DNA from: Tubulanus polymorphus
Lineage: Eukaryota; Animalia; Nemertea
Assembly (NCBI RefSeq): GCF_964204645.1
Contig: NC_134029.1
Location: 23,616,950-23,680,949 of the forward strand
Length of the DNA: 64,000 bases
Direction of reading: 5' to 3'
Below the pieces are notes generated by a model. The model was not told the origin of the DNA. It saw only the letters and a program-made list of their open reading frames with translations, and searched no databases. The position numbers and the translations under genes were made by a program. Every line of letters begins with the position of its first letter. Within the stretch, counting starts at the first letter, position 1. Positions 26,601 through 39,500 of the stretch are shown here, in pieces.

Positions 26601-27497
26601 TCACCGCAAACTCATCATAATCGCTATCACGGTTTACATATCAAACCATCATTATTACATCAACCGGCATCTCATTTATATACTCGCAAACAATCGCAAA
26701 ATGCTCCATTTCTCATATAAATAATTGATTGGCTTAAAAAAAAAAAGGTGAACAAGTTTTTAATATCCATTATTTACAGAAATCTATTTTAGAAATAGCG
26801 TTTCACAACACGCGCATGGTTCAGCAGATATGGTAGCTTTGAAATGCAAGTAAATAGAGCACGACGACGATGACCGGTGAAAACTAATCGCGATATTTCA
26901 TCGTAATTTAGTGACTATTTGGAAAGAAATAATGAAAATACGCTCGCGACTCTTCTTTGTAAATACGGGCGCCGCACAAAGAAATTCCACATATACACTT
27001 TTAGTGGTGTTGAAAACAGCCGTTATTGCAAACTATACTTAGAAGCATTAAACGAGCGAGAGAAAGAGAGAACATAGACAACGAACAACAAGTTACAAGG
27101 TCAAAATTCCACAATTCGAGGAGAAACTAAAAAGAAATTTTTTAATTTCTAAACAATGGTTTGAATACAATGTAGAACCATTTACCGAATTACAACACAA
27201 CAACATCTTATGTTCCGAAAAAAAAAAAAATTTATAATTATGAAATTACACATTCAGATACAATTACGACTAACGTTTCTCTCATACAAAAATCACAGAC
27301 AATAATATTATTATAATATCGATGATATAAATCTAAAAACTCGGGCGAAATATCTACACGAATGTCGGATGAAATCAAGGCTGTCGACCTGCGCAAAAAA
27401 ATTACTTGTTTTCAATTAAACGCAACTGTCGAATTTGAGCGAGCAAAATAAATGAAGAAGAACTCTTTTCTTCCTGTAAAGGTATACATCATTTCTC

Positions 27498-27503
27498 ATC
27501 ATA

Positions 27504-27566
<63 letters not shown>
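27498..27566. repeat. (TA)n microsatellite
   Basis: Long TA run; shorter runs near 8095, 19493 and 25477. Confidence 0.95.
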
Positions 27567-27568
<2 letters not shown>

Positions 27569-28671
27569 ACCACTATCTTCCTATTTACCAGTAACCAGTA
27601 AACAGACAGTTTAAAGTAAGCATCAACAACAAGAGAGATACTGCTAGTCGAGAGAGCGGTGATGAGTGACTTTTTTAAGGGACATAGGTAAAATTCCTAG
27701 CAGACAATAATAATAATCATAATAATATATATCGTATACGTGTATAGTCTGTATATTATATATACTCTTTAAATATTCACGAAACTCGTACATGAACCGA
27801 ACATGTACCCGAAAATCCATCTTTTAGAAAACTATTTTATCATGAGAAACATTAACTCCTTATTTCATTTGACGCGCGTGTCATTTTAGATATCTGAACA
27901 GTTTCAGGTTCCCCTATCAGGGTTCCCTCCGTTAGATTCTAATATGGCACATTATTCGACTTTTCATAACAATTATTAATAATTCACTTTGTCTCACGGT
28001 ATTATTATACCTGTCAGGCAGGTATTTTTACTAATAAACAGCCTGTGTACCAAGTGGAATAATGTTGTATAATCTGTATTATATTACGCAATATAATAGC
28101 AGTTACAAGCAAGACTCCGCAATACAGGGCAGCATCATGCATATAAACATAGACCTATAAATGAAATAGGTCCACCTTCATAAGCAATTAATTAATCATA
28201 AATGTATTATTGCTTTTCAAGCTTCCACCCCCTATATATGTTTCACCTTATGAATTCTGAATGAATAATAATATTTCCAACTTCGAATCAACACAAAAAT
28301 GAATATTTCCAAATCCTAGGCCTCAACAAAAACTGTCTTAGATTCTTATCGTATTTTCAATTTCAGATGTCGTCAAATGATCAAATCAACTCAATAATAA
28401 TAGACATACTTTCAATTTTATGACGCAGACGCTAAAAGTCACTTTGAACTGTCAAATTGGATTCGATAAATAGCTCTTCTTTAATAAAACCATGGTGATA
28501 ATTTTTACCTTAGACATAAAAACGCTCATTGACGTCTCGATCGCAAATTCAACGTTTATGAATACGTATGAATGAGATGATGTAGTGTACACAATGAATT
28601 CATCAATATTTTCAGTTTTTTTTTTCAATTTTTTCAGGGTTGTTTTGCCGAGCACCGTGATTAGTAGAATT

Positions 28672-29996
28672 TTATCGCGCTGCTGCTAGCGCTGCCAGCG
28701 CGCCTAAACCGGCAACCGCCACCCACAGTCCGTTCCAGATTTTATCTTCGACGCTTGATTTATCCGGGAAGAACTCGTAAAATGCTTCCTGTAAAATAGA
28801 AATAACAAATCTTTGACGGAATTCTTAAAACGAGAAAGGCCTTCGACCGGAAATTGAAAGAATATCATCGATACAACTTCATTGTTAAAGCTTAAATAAC
28901 ATCTTTTTGAAATAACTTGAATGGACGTGCCGTAACTCTTAAACCCATCTAATATACGACCAGCACAGATGGGTCGCTCAACATCATTGTTAAACTCGAT
29001 CCATTTTAGTTTCTATCTTCTCTGATTTAACTCCAGGAAAAGGAGACTTTCTCGGAAATCCTTCGATATTGTGTAAAATAGTTTGAAAGGCAATGTTTTT
29101 AGTTCAGCTGCCCATTTTAAGACCCTTCTAGAATACAGTGCTAGCTAAACTGTCTTCTAGCACCCAACGTCCATTCAAACAGTTTTTATACTGTTAACTC
29201 ATTGAGTTGGCGCATTTTCAAAAGGTTAACTCTCAATAGAAATCTTAACCACCCAGAACTGAGGTCAATTTGTTTTTGCTTCACTTACCCAGCCCCCATT
29301 TTCCGAAATCCATCGTAACAGTTTACGGTTTGCATATTCTCCCAAAAAATGTCCAATTTCGCCGACATATTGCGGCATACCATTTTCAGCGCTGTACCTA
29401 GCGAAATGAGCGCCTAACGCGTAAACAGTCACAATTCGACCCCAATTCACTTGTCCATCGCTAAGCATTTCATCGGCGATCGCGGTGAAAGATTCCTCGC
29501 CCGTCTCCGTATTTATTTGAAATCGGTCGATCATATTCACGAATAGAATATCGTGACGTCGCGTAATTTCCTCCACAGTTCTTCGTAGCGTTTTCGCGTA
29601 TTTCGAATGGCGCCCGGTGCCCCCGCTTTTCGGTGGGATTCCACTGACGTAATGCACAATATCCATCGCCAATTCTCGCGCGACAAAATCATCTTTAGAT
29701 AAAGGTTCTTCGGTCGTTTGAGTCGACTGATGTTCCACTCCCCCCAGCACTGTTTTACATCCACTCGTCGCCCCTATGTTGTTGTAGCCATTTAATTTAC
29801 TATAACCGGGATTTGTTTCAGTTTTTGTATATCCATTTGGCATCGATTTCTTATTATTGTTTAAAGCCGGGCTCGAACTTCCATGATTACACGGCGTATG
29901 AGTAGCTGAAAAGGGCGCACATGTAGTCGACGACCCCATCAAGCCATTTTTCAACACATCTAACGCCACATACCTAATATTACTGATTTCATTCAT
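28672..29996 (-). CDS. MCL1: Bcl-2 family anti-apoptotic protein, MCL1-like; two coding exons (29290-29996, 28672-28789)
   Basis: Long low-complexity N-terminus, KTLRRTVEEITRRHDILFVNM, BH1 DGQVNWGRIVT, BH2 WISENGGW|EAFYEFF split by the conserved intron, C-terminal TM GLWVAVAGLGALAALAAAR. Confidence 0.85.
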
Positions 29997-30752
29997 GATT
30001 TTAAACGGTTTTTAATCCTGTAAACGACGAACAGCGAACGTGAAAATAAACCTAAAAAGAAGTACCGTCCAACTGACAAAACGATGTTGATAGAAACAGT
30101 TAATTGAAAGGGCTATGGTTCCATAATTTGCGGTACCCTCGGTATTTCGTATCGACGCTGCGGCTGTCTCTATCCCCAGTGTAATGGCTGCCAGGGCGAC
30201 ACGAACTGTGATTGGTTGAAATCAGCGAATATGTTACGGGCCGGAGATACCCGATGACGATTAGTCAGTCGATTCGCCATTCGGGGAAATTCGGAAAATC
30301 GATATAACAAAGGCAGTATACTGCCTTGTAATTGTGGTACTCAAATATTGACTTCCCGTTCCCTATCTATTTCGGTTCTTTCTTTAGAAAAAAAACTAGA
30401 AAACCCAGCCAAAGTGTGTTATACCCAAATAACCTAATACCCGTCGGTCACGTTCCTATTTTGATGCAATAACGTAAACCCGTGGTGGGATCGATGTAGA
30501 TTGTAAACATGGGATTTTTGAAAGGAGAACTTCCACTAAATTGGGATCAATTCGATTTTCCCATTTCATCAAAAATAAATCAATCAAACGAAAAGTTTTT
30601 TTATCGACGTTTATTTTTCAGAATGATTTTTCTTTCTTTATAATATGTAAAACCTTTTCATAAGAATCCATGGTCTTCAACTGCATCAAACACTTTAATT
30701 ACACATTTAACAACATTGTACCAGAAACATTCATCTGAGACACGAGTTCAAT

Positions 30753-33700
30753 TCAGTCATCAGTTGAGAAATTAGTCCTCAAGGGTAAAATATTTTGTGT
30801 AATGTCTTTGGCAGTGTCGCTGCGAACTGCATTAGCGGCGTGAGTTAACTGTAACGCTGCATCCGGATGAGCAGTCCCTGGTAACAAAGTGCATTCTCTT
30901 TCCAACATAGCTGACATTGCGTCTAAGAGTTCTACAAATCCAAGCGACAATGCCATCCTTCTCAAACGATTCAATTCCTACAAATATATATTCATAGTCA
31001 TACATCGGACCTGATTAATATTCAAAGACATACAAGATATGAATAGCGTTTCTTGCATTCATTAATACAAATAGCATGTTACATACGCGATAGAAATGTT
31101 GTTGTTTTTCTGGTAATTTTCTGGCGTGTCGCAATATCTTTTGAACATCAGCCTAGAAGTACAAAAAATTAAAATAAAGGTCAAAATATTGAAATCATTC
31201 GATCGCATTTATAAGGCTTAAATAAATAATTCCTTCTTTCTCATTTCTGCTGAGCTTAAATATGTTTTCACCCGCCTGGCCGCCTATATACTCTGTACGT
31301 TACTTTAAAAAAAATAATGATCGAGCTGATAATAACAGACCCGGCAGTTATAGAAATGAACTGATTACAAATTTTATTGCAGTTTACAAAAGTGACCCGC
31401 CCGATTAGGAGAAATGAGGTATCGTTCTTTTTAGCCTAATCTATAAGTATGTGTACCTGTAAACCCGCTGCTCTTATCCAAACAGTTGAGTTCTGAGCAT
31501 AACTTCTGCGATCTTGTCTGACGGGGAAAGGCGTAGTATTATCTTCCTCGCCATACGGTGGATCAGAGAAATCAGATATTGGAGCGAGATGCCTCAGATT
31601 ACCGAGCCATGGTATTACGTCACTTCCTAATGATTAAATGATAATAGAAAAAAATACAATCTTTTTCTTAGCGTATATCATTACATATCATCACAGTATC
31701 ATTCATGCAGTTATATCTATTTTTAGCGTTTTTCTCCGATTAAACGTCTATTATTATAAAGACTACTGGTGCATCAAATTACCTGGCTCAAACATAGACA
31801 ACATCAAATTAGATTTTTTCTTGCTATCTGCCCACGCAAACATTACACCGTACCAGTCTTTGCTATAACGAGATAATATACCAAATACGATATTTGATTA
31901 GGGATCATTAATTTATTACGTACGCATAAAATTTGAATTTTTCAAACCCCCTCCCCCTCTGTACGCAAAATCGGCCATTTTTTCATATACACTAAGCATT
32001 ATAGTACGTAATTGCACTGACCCCTCCACCCTAGTAATAAATGAATGACCCATTACGGTATTCAATACATTATCAATCCTTATTCGACATGTCGATTGAA
32101 ACATACCCTAAAGTAACCAGCGCGACCATTCCTTCCACTTTCAAGCTACCGTGTAAGAGCACTGTAAAGGAGGGTGTTTTTCCGTCATCCTTTTCTTCCT
32201 CCTCATTTTCCGAACCATTCTTTCCTAACAGTGAACGATATTTCATAAAGAAATGAAATAATTTCCAAATATTTATCAGTATATCTAGGATGGCTACGTT
32301 ATTACCTTTAGCAGCGGTAGGAGATACGGGAAGAATAAGATGGCGAGATATGACTGGCGGACTTGCTATATCAGCGATGTCTAGGAAACCGAATATCTCG
32401 ACATCAGTAGAAATACTCCTACAGATATATTCAAAATCTCGCTCTCTGAAATAGAAATATATCGATAACCATTAATGAAACATCCTGACAATGTTGTATC
32501 GATTACATAAAATCCGATACTAAGAATGAAAAGGAAAGAGTATGAAAAGTTTTCTTGAGCTAACAATTTATTCAATGTTTCGACTAAATCCTAAATAGTC
32601 ATCTCCAAGAATACTGAATTACTTTTTTGAATAAAGTATTTCTCATTCTGAAGATGACATTTAGGATAAGGTCGAAATTTTGAATAATAAACCATAGCTC
32701 AAGGAAACTTTTCAGACTCTTTTCTATCATTCTTATGGTAGGATTTTATATCATGAATATATCAGTAAATTACTATTGAGGAAACAAACTATTTTACTAC
32801 CAATATTTACCTTATTTATAAATATTAATATTGTCAACACTGAGGATATTGTTAAACATAAAATTGTGCCATGTTGATATCATATTATACTAACTAAGCA
32901 TATCAGCAAATATCATTCATTTGTCTGAACTTTTGACATTACACCAGCTATGATAAGCAATTCAAGGTTCAAGTCTTGGGACTTTTGACGTATACAATTA
33001 AATAAAGATAATGATTGAATACGTTAGATGTGGTTATTTTTCGGTCATATTGCAACATCGCACAAGTCTAAAGTGGTACGATTTATCTAGAGATATCTCA
33101 AAAATTAAAAAACAAAAACTCCCACGCAAATCCACGAGTTGAAGTTTGCGATGCAGCGTGACATAGTGAACGTTATACTGAGATCTCATGATATTCGTCT
33201 CAAATAGAGCAAAAATACTTGATCCTGATTATTTCGATGTAAACAAGTTTTTCACATCCGGAAGAAAATATGGGACAAAAATTGTTCACATATTACAGTG
33301 AAACCTGGTTCATTCGGATCAGTTTAATCTGAATTTTGATCTTATACAAAGATCATCATCTACAGTCCAACTATACATTAATGTTACTCAGTAACCTGTC
33401 TGTGGTTTAGTTTCCCGATCAGATATTTTCACAAACCCATCTGATTACAAAAGCTTACCACCAACGATTAACTAACTAATATTCTCATAAACCGGATTAT
33501 TTTCATAGGTCCTTACTGATCGGGAGTAAGCTAGTTTAACTGTGATAGATATTAGGCCTATTACTGTGTGTAGGTCTCGATACTAACTTCTTGAATTCTT
33601 CCGGCGGTGGAAATATCTGTATCTTCGATCCGAGATGTCCACATTTCAACGTACCGTAAGACGGCGAATAATATTTCTCTCCGAGTTTATGAAACATCGA

Positions 33701-35727
33701 ATGAATGTTTTTCATCGAGATGGCATCGGGTAGATGCACCTCGCCTCCGTAGCCATTTATATCGATCAGTTTCTCATACAATGGTAAAGCATCCGTTAAA
33801 CCGGAATCATTCTGTCCGGCTATACACACTATATTTAGTTTACAGATAAATGGCATGGGAAGGGGAAAATCGGATGTTTTTCGGAACTGTACTCGCACGT
33901 TTTCAGTATGGACAGCTGTTTGCGTTTGTTTACTATAATCATGCAGCGTTTGCTGTAGAGAACCCTGTCCGGTTCCGGGATTTCCATCAGTTATCAATAT
34001 CACCTGAAATAGTTAAGAAAAAATCTATCTGGTAACTTTGGGTTGACAAAACATAGACAATCGCCAATAAATTCTTCAATAGTCAAACTCGTCAAAGTTT
34101 TCATAGTTTTGACCATAATTTGGGCAACTGACTTTATCCAAATGACGAATTAGTAATTTGAATTGGAAATACAAATTTAGACTAAAAAATAGAGACAACT
34201 TAAGCGATGAGGAGAGAATCCCACAATGATAATAAAAAGTCCGAAAATGAAACTTTGAGATAGTAGTTTATTCAACGTTTCGACTATATCCTAATAGTCA
34301 TCTTCATTATTCCTGAAGATGACTATTAGGATATAGTCAAAACGTTGAATAAACTACTATCTCAAAGTTTCATTTTCGGACTTTTTATTATCATTGTGGG
34401 ATTCTCTCCTCATCGCGTCAACACGGATATTGTGTTTTACCTATCGTGAACTTAAGCGATGATGACCGTAGTTGAACAGTATTACTGTTTGTTATCTTAT
34501 GGATCATTAGAATGTCAAAACATACAAATCTTGTTATCAGAGGCCTTTTTATGAACCAGCAAAATCGAAATAGATTAGCTATTTAGATTATATAGCCGAT
34601 AGTGTCAATTAGCATAACCGGGTATGATGGTTGATAAAAACGCCAGGTAGAAATTATTCAATTATGGCCTACTCAGCAGCGACTTCTACCGAGAACACCA
34701 TATCGGTTGGATTAGATAATCGGCATACTTGCTCGCCGAGCGAGTATGCTGAGTATGTTAATCGATTATGAAAACCAATGTTCATAAAAATGACGGATTA
34801 TGACATAATCCATTCTCATAAAAACGTTTTGCATACTCGAATATACTAATCGAGTGTTCATAAAAAGGCCTCAAGATTAGAAGTCTGTCTCACCTGACAA
34901 GCCGTAGCACTGCCCCATTCATCTAAGATCAATCCAGTAACGCCCCCTAGCGCAGGAACTATCGCAGTTTTATCGTATTCTTCTAATTTATTGAGGGCAG
35001 TTTTGATGCTTTCATAATCTCTCGTGAAACCGACTACTTGTTCCCACAACGAAGAAAATACAACCTGTCAAAACAAAATACAATCGCATCAGATATTCTT
35101 TCTACAATCAACACTTTTTGGTAGTTTAGTATTTAACTGTCATTCCCAAACACAGTGTCTAAAAACCAAAAAGCGCACATAATGTTGAGTTTACTCAGAA
35201 GCAGGAATTAACCTCTATTTAGATAAAATCCCACTATTTACAGATTAAAAGAATTTAAAAACCAGAATTTATTTATTAATTCTAAAATATTTAAAAGACA
35301 CGACGTTTCGATCTCAACCTAGAGATCATCGTCAGGTGTGAGATCGAAACGTCGTGTCTTTTAAATATTTTAGATTTAATAAATAAATTCTGGTTTTTAA
35401 ATTCTTTTAATCTGTAAATAGTGGGATTTTATCTTATTATCCGTTCACCACGTTTGAGTGTGGTCTTTGTTCTACTCTATTTAGAGTCAGATGTTGCTAG
35501 TAGGAGACCCCAGCACATCGTTTAGTATTAGGATAACTCTCTATAATTTTGAAGTTTTCTATACTTACCAATGAGACAAATTCTAACTTGTTTGAAATAC
35601 TCAGATAATCGAGGAATGTGTTGATTCCATGAATGGCGTAATGTTGTCTCTGTAAGTTTTCACCGGTGTCCGACGATACTTTCCTCGACATTGACAACGA
35701 TACGTCCAGTAGAATAACAGTCGGCAT
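30753..35727 (-). CDS. INTS14: Integrator complex subunit 14 (VWA9), multi-exon
   Basis: MPTVILLDVSLSMSR, KLEFVSLV, ILITDG, PVISRHLILP, GKTPSFTVLLHGSLKVEGMVALV and LNRLRRMALSLGFVELLDAMSAMLERECTLLPGTAHPDAALQLTHAA. Confidence 0.95.
31901..32052 (-). mobile_element. PIF/Harbinger-like MITE family A
   Basis: tta/tta TSD; reverse copy of 10487-10624. Confidence 0.8.
32507..32748. mobile_element. Degenerate Penelope-like fold-back remnant
   Basis: Imperfect inverted arms with ctgaagatgacatttaggataaggtcgaaa, a hammerhead-like core related to 34197-34462. Confidence 0.65.
34197..34462. mobile_element. Penelope-like inverted pLTR insertion (fold-back, tail, TSD)
   Basis: About 103-bp near-perfect inverted arms at 34204-34416, 32-nt tail, direct repeat aacttaagcgatga on both sides, core ctgaagatgactat-taggat-atagtc(g/a)aaacgtt. 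Confidence 0.8.
34541..34871. mobile_element. About 330-bp MITE, second copy
   Basis: Near-identical to 5053-5384. Confidence 0.9.
35213..35485. mobile_element. Penelope-like inverted pLTR insertion, second family
   Basis: Inverted arms at 35221-35434, about 40-nt tail with a small hairpin (ccac..gtgg), TSD ctctatttaga; related copy at 55918-56231. Confidence 0.8.
35297..35340 (-). ncRNA. Minimal type I hammerhead ribozyme motif
   Basis: Minus strand reads cacac CUGACGA u gaucuc uagguu gagauc GAAAC GUC gugu: intact core, 6-bp stem II, palindromic ACGU in place of stem III, 4-bp stem I. Confidence 0.75.
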
Positions 35728-36536
35728 TGTTGCACTATATAATCTTTAACTTGTAATGTATTAAACACTGCAACAGGCTATCATCACTGGAGCCATCAGT
35801 TTAAGCTGGAAGCAGAATTGAAACTAAACTGGAATTGAAATATTGAAAATACAGGATTATTCTGGTAAAGCTATTAAGAAATAACTTCTTAAATAAACAT
35901 GTGTCTGAGTAAGGGTTAAGAGTAAAAGTGTCGTATACGTCGAGATGATTGGAGGGTTGATGCCTGAAGATGCCAGAGAATAATTAATTAATTTGAATTT
36001 TAATTGATTTTGGCGCGTTTGGGCCGGCTGCTGAGAAATGTTCGATTTAGCAACAAGCACGAGTAAACACTAAAATGTTACCTGTTCCTAACTTAACAAT
36101 TAACTTAATCATCTATAAAGTTAGTCTGCAGTATTCGCAATAAGTGAATATGAGGTTTAATTTTAATAAAATGCAGGAAAGAACGAAATTCAGAAAATTT
36201 AACGAAATTGTTCCGTCCCCGCTGTAACAATTATGCTTGAATATAGATGGCAGCACCGGTTAGCGTTGATTTGAATCTGCTTGAATTATCCGCTATTTCA
36301 ACTAGTTTGAGGTATGTAAATAACATTGGATGGTACAATCAACAAGCTCGCTTAGTAAATTATGACTTCCACTTTTAAAGCTGTTCTTAAAGCATCGAAT
36401 GATTGCTGAAAGATAGATTTTCGATCGAAAGATAACTAAACGAAACACTAAAATCCGGATTTGGACTCGATTAACATTTGTTTTGATTACTTTATTTGCA
36501 GTTTATACATCTAAGTTCAAAATAACGTTGACTGAA

Positions 36537-39500
36537 ATGGCTTCAGAATTGAGTACTGTCAATTCTGGACGAGATGAGGATAAAAATTCCACTGCATTGA
36601 ACAGGTATTTACGACGCGTGGCGCCATTCATCGAGCGTACTAATATCAGAATTGTCGCGAATTTAACAATGATTTCTCTATTTCAGTGATATATTGAAGT
36701 TGTTATTGTTTTATACGTGCTGTCAACAGGATAGGGTTAATCCTCCAAAACAACTGTCACCGGAAATCTTTTCAAAATTCAAAACAAAGTTTCTCTCGTG
36801 GGCAGGATCGAATAAACTCTCCTACAACGGTATGTCGAATGATCTGGACATTTTGGCGAAATTCTTTGATATCGATGTCCCGAAAGATGACATGTCTCGT
36901 AAACTTGAAGCGCAAACTCCGGAAGATGTCGGGATTGAATCTGTGGCTACAACACAAGTCGTTACTGATGTCATAGATGATGTGGTCAAACCAAAGAAAC
37001 CTGCAGTAAAGCCTAAAACCAAAGCTAAAGTCAAACGAGAAAAGAACACTGATATTACCACATCATCGAAACCTACGAGGAAACGTGCTTTGCCATCGAA
37101 ATTGAGCTTGTATTCGATGCCGACCGCATCGAAACGTAGCAAGCAAGAAGAGGCGGAACCGGCGTTCGGTGAAAATGATGAAATAGTCGATGAAACTGGT
37201 GACGATGATAACAACGATGAGGATTATGAACCGGATGATTTAGAGAGACGCGGGTCGAATAATCGTTCGATATCGGCAGTAAAAACAAAACAAGAGATAT
37301 TTGAATGTACGCGGTGTAAAACTGTTTATTATACAGCAGTTCGTCTTATTGAACACATTCGTACATCTCATAAAGGTATTAACATTACGGTATCCAAAAC
37401 TGTTGTATTATGATTGTTTTTGTCACTTACAAATATGGCCCTTCCTTCATTACGTAAGGAATAGTTGATTTCGGTAAGTTCTTCGGGGTTCATGGTTCCC
37501 ATAGTACTTGGAAATCGGGAAAAACTTGGAAATTTAGAAATTGCATTTCCTGGTTTTCCTGTCTGGGATTACGTACCGGTAATTCAGAACGATGATGTCC
37601 GTGTTGTGATGGTATCAGTTCATTTTTCTGAAATCTCCTTTTTGATTCGGAAAAATTGTAAAATTATGAAATTCCGGTAATGGGGAAAAAAACTTGGGAA
37701 CTTAGAATTCATGTGAGAACAAAGATCGTTACATTGATGACTTATCCGATACTGGACATCTTTAACTCTAGTTCATTTAGTTGTAAATACAAATTATGAC
37801 CAAATAGAGAGATGACTAACGTTTACAATAATGTGATGGTTTCGTCAATGATGATTGAAGTGTCACTGAGTTTGATCTATATATTTCAGATATTAATATT
37901 GAATGGAAGCCTACAGTTTCTCGTCACTCTACAACGCATCCGATGATCGGGAACGAAGTATTTCGAGATGCTGTTTATCATCTATGCTACAATTGTCGGT
38001 TTGTCACTCATGAATACGATGAATTCGCCGTTCACATGAAATCAGAACATAACGAATCAATCGATTTCTGTTGTTCCCGATGTGAATTTCAAACTGCTGA
38101 GTATGAACGCTATTTGACGCATATAAACTCCTGTAACTCAACTCGGGTGGAACCTAGTGGTGAGTTTCGTTGAGGTTTTCTACTCATAAAGTTCTTGCTC
38201 GTGACGTCATAATCTGTTTGCCATTCATGAGAACATTGGATAATGTGGCCGCGAACAAATTTTCTGGATTTGTCATGCAAATTTTTTCTCAAGGTGTCAG
38301 TCACACGATAAAAGCACATGGCAACGCAACATCTACTGTGGAACCTCGTTAAAAGTCATTTTGAATTCTTTCTGCCTCTCTTCAAGAAGGAAGTTTCAGA
38401 TTATTTTTTTATTGCCTCACGCGAGACAAGTGAAGTACCCTAGCTGCGTCCAAGTGCATGATTTATTATTTTATCTATTTTCAGATCAGTTAACATTGGT
38501 ACAATGTGAATATGGTTCGTGTTGTTACTATAAAGCTAGTAATGGTTCGGTGGATTATAACGCCGTGTTTTGGTGCTGCGCAGGATGTCTTTTCAATTGC
38601 TCGGAAATAAAGTTATACCACGAGCATATGAAAACTGTGCACAGTCAAGTGATCGATTATGAATGCTACAACTGCGATCAGAAATACTCGGAATTCAAGG
38701 ATTACGTGAAACATCGTAATCACGTTCATTCGCACGTTCGAACGAAATCAATAGCGAAGAGAAAAATGAAGTACATGAAACAATCGAAAAAGTCGAAGGG
38801 TTAGAAAATATTTCTCTTAATTCTTTCTTCTGATCATCTGGGGCCGGTTCCATAGTCATGGAAGACCAGTCTAAGACTAACTTAGTTTTATGGTTTATCT
38901 AACAGCTTAATACCAGTCTTAAGATTTAAGACCACTTTTGGACTTTAGTCGTGACTATGGAACTGGCCCCTGAGGTCCAGTTCCACAATTCCGAGTTAAG
39001 ATTTGACTCAGAGTTAACTTATTGAAAATGAACTAACTTTAACTAAGAGTTAGCTTTAACTCACGACTGTGGAACTGGGTCTTGCTGTGTTACAGCCACG
39101 TAGAATATCCTTACGTTATGTAATCCGGGGATTAAAGGTCAAATGTAGGGGAAATATTTGGATTCCCTGATCTTTAAAAACCTACTTTGAAAGTTGAACC
39201 TTAGTCTTGGTTTATATATGTAAAAAGGAGTATGAATTATGGTTTTTAGATTATGAATGGGTGCCTGCAAATTTCGGTAAATACAACGTACTAAAGAAAT
39301 TTGCGACAGGAATCGATTATTCGATTGCATTCAGACGTTGCGATAAATGTGACTTTCATTCGATGACCTACAAGAGATTCGCCGATCATATGCTGTCCGT
39401 ACATGAAGAAGTAATCGATTACGAATGTAACAATTGTGAAGCGGTTTTAAAAACTCTCAAACAGTATGGAATCCACAAGCTACGTAAACAGTGCACACTT

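Noticed and set aside
36772-37288. Overlapping minus-strand ORFs (similarly 47603-47830, 51516-51773, 62565-62885)
   Set aside because: Antisense to real exons, with no independent coding signal
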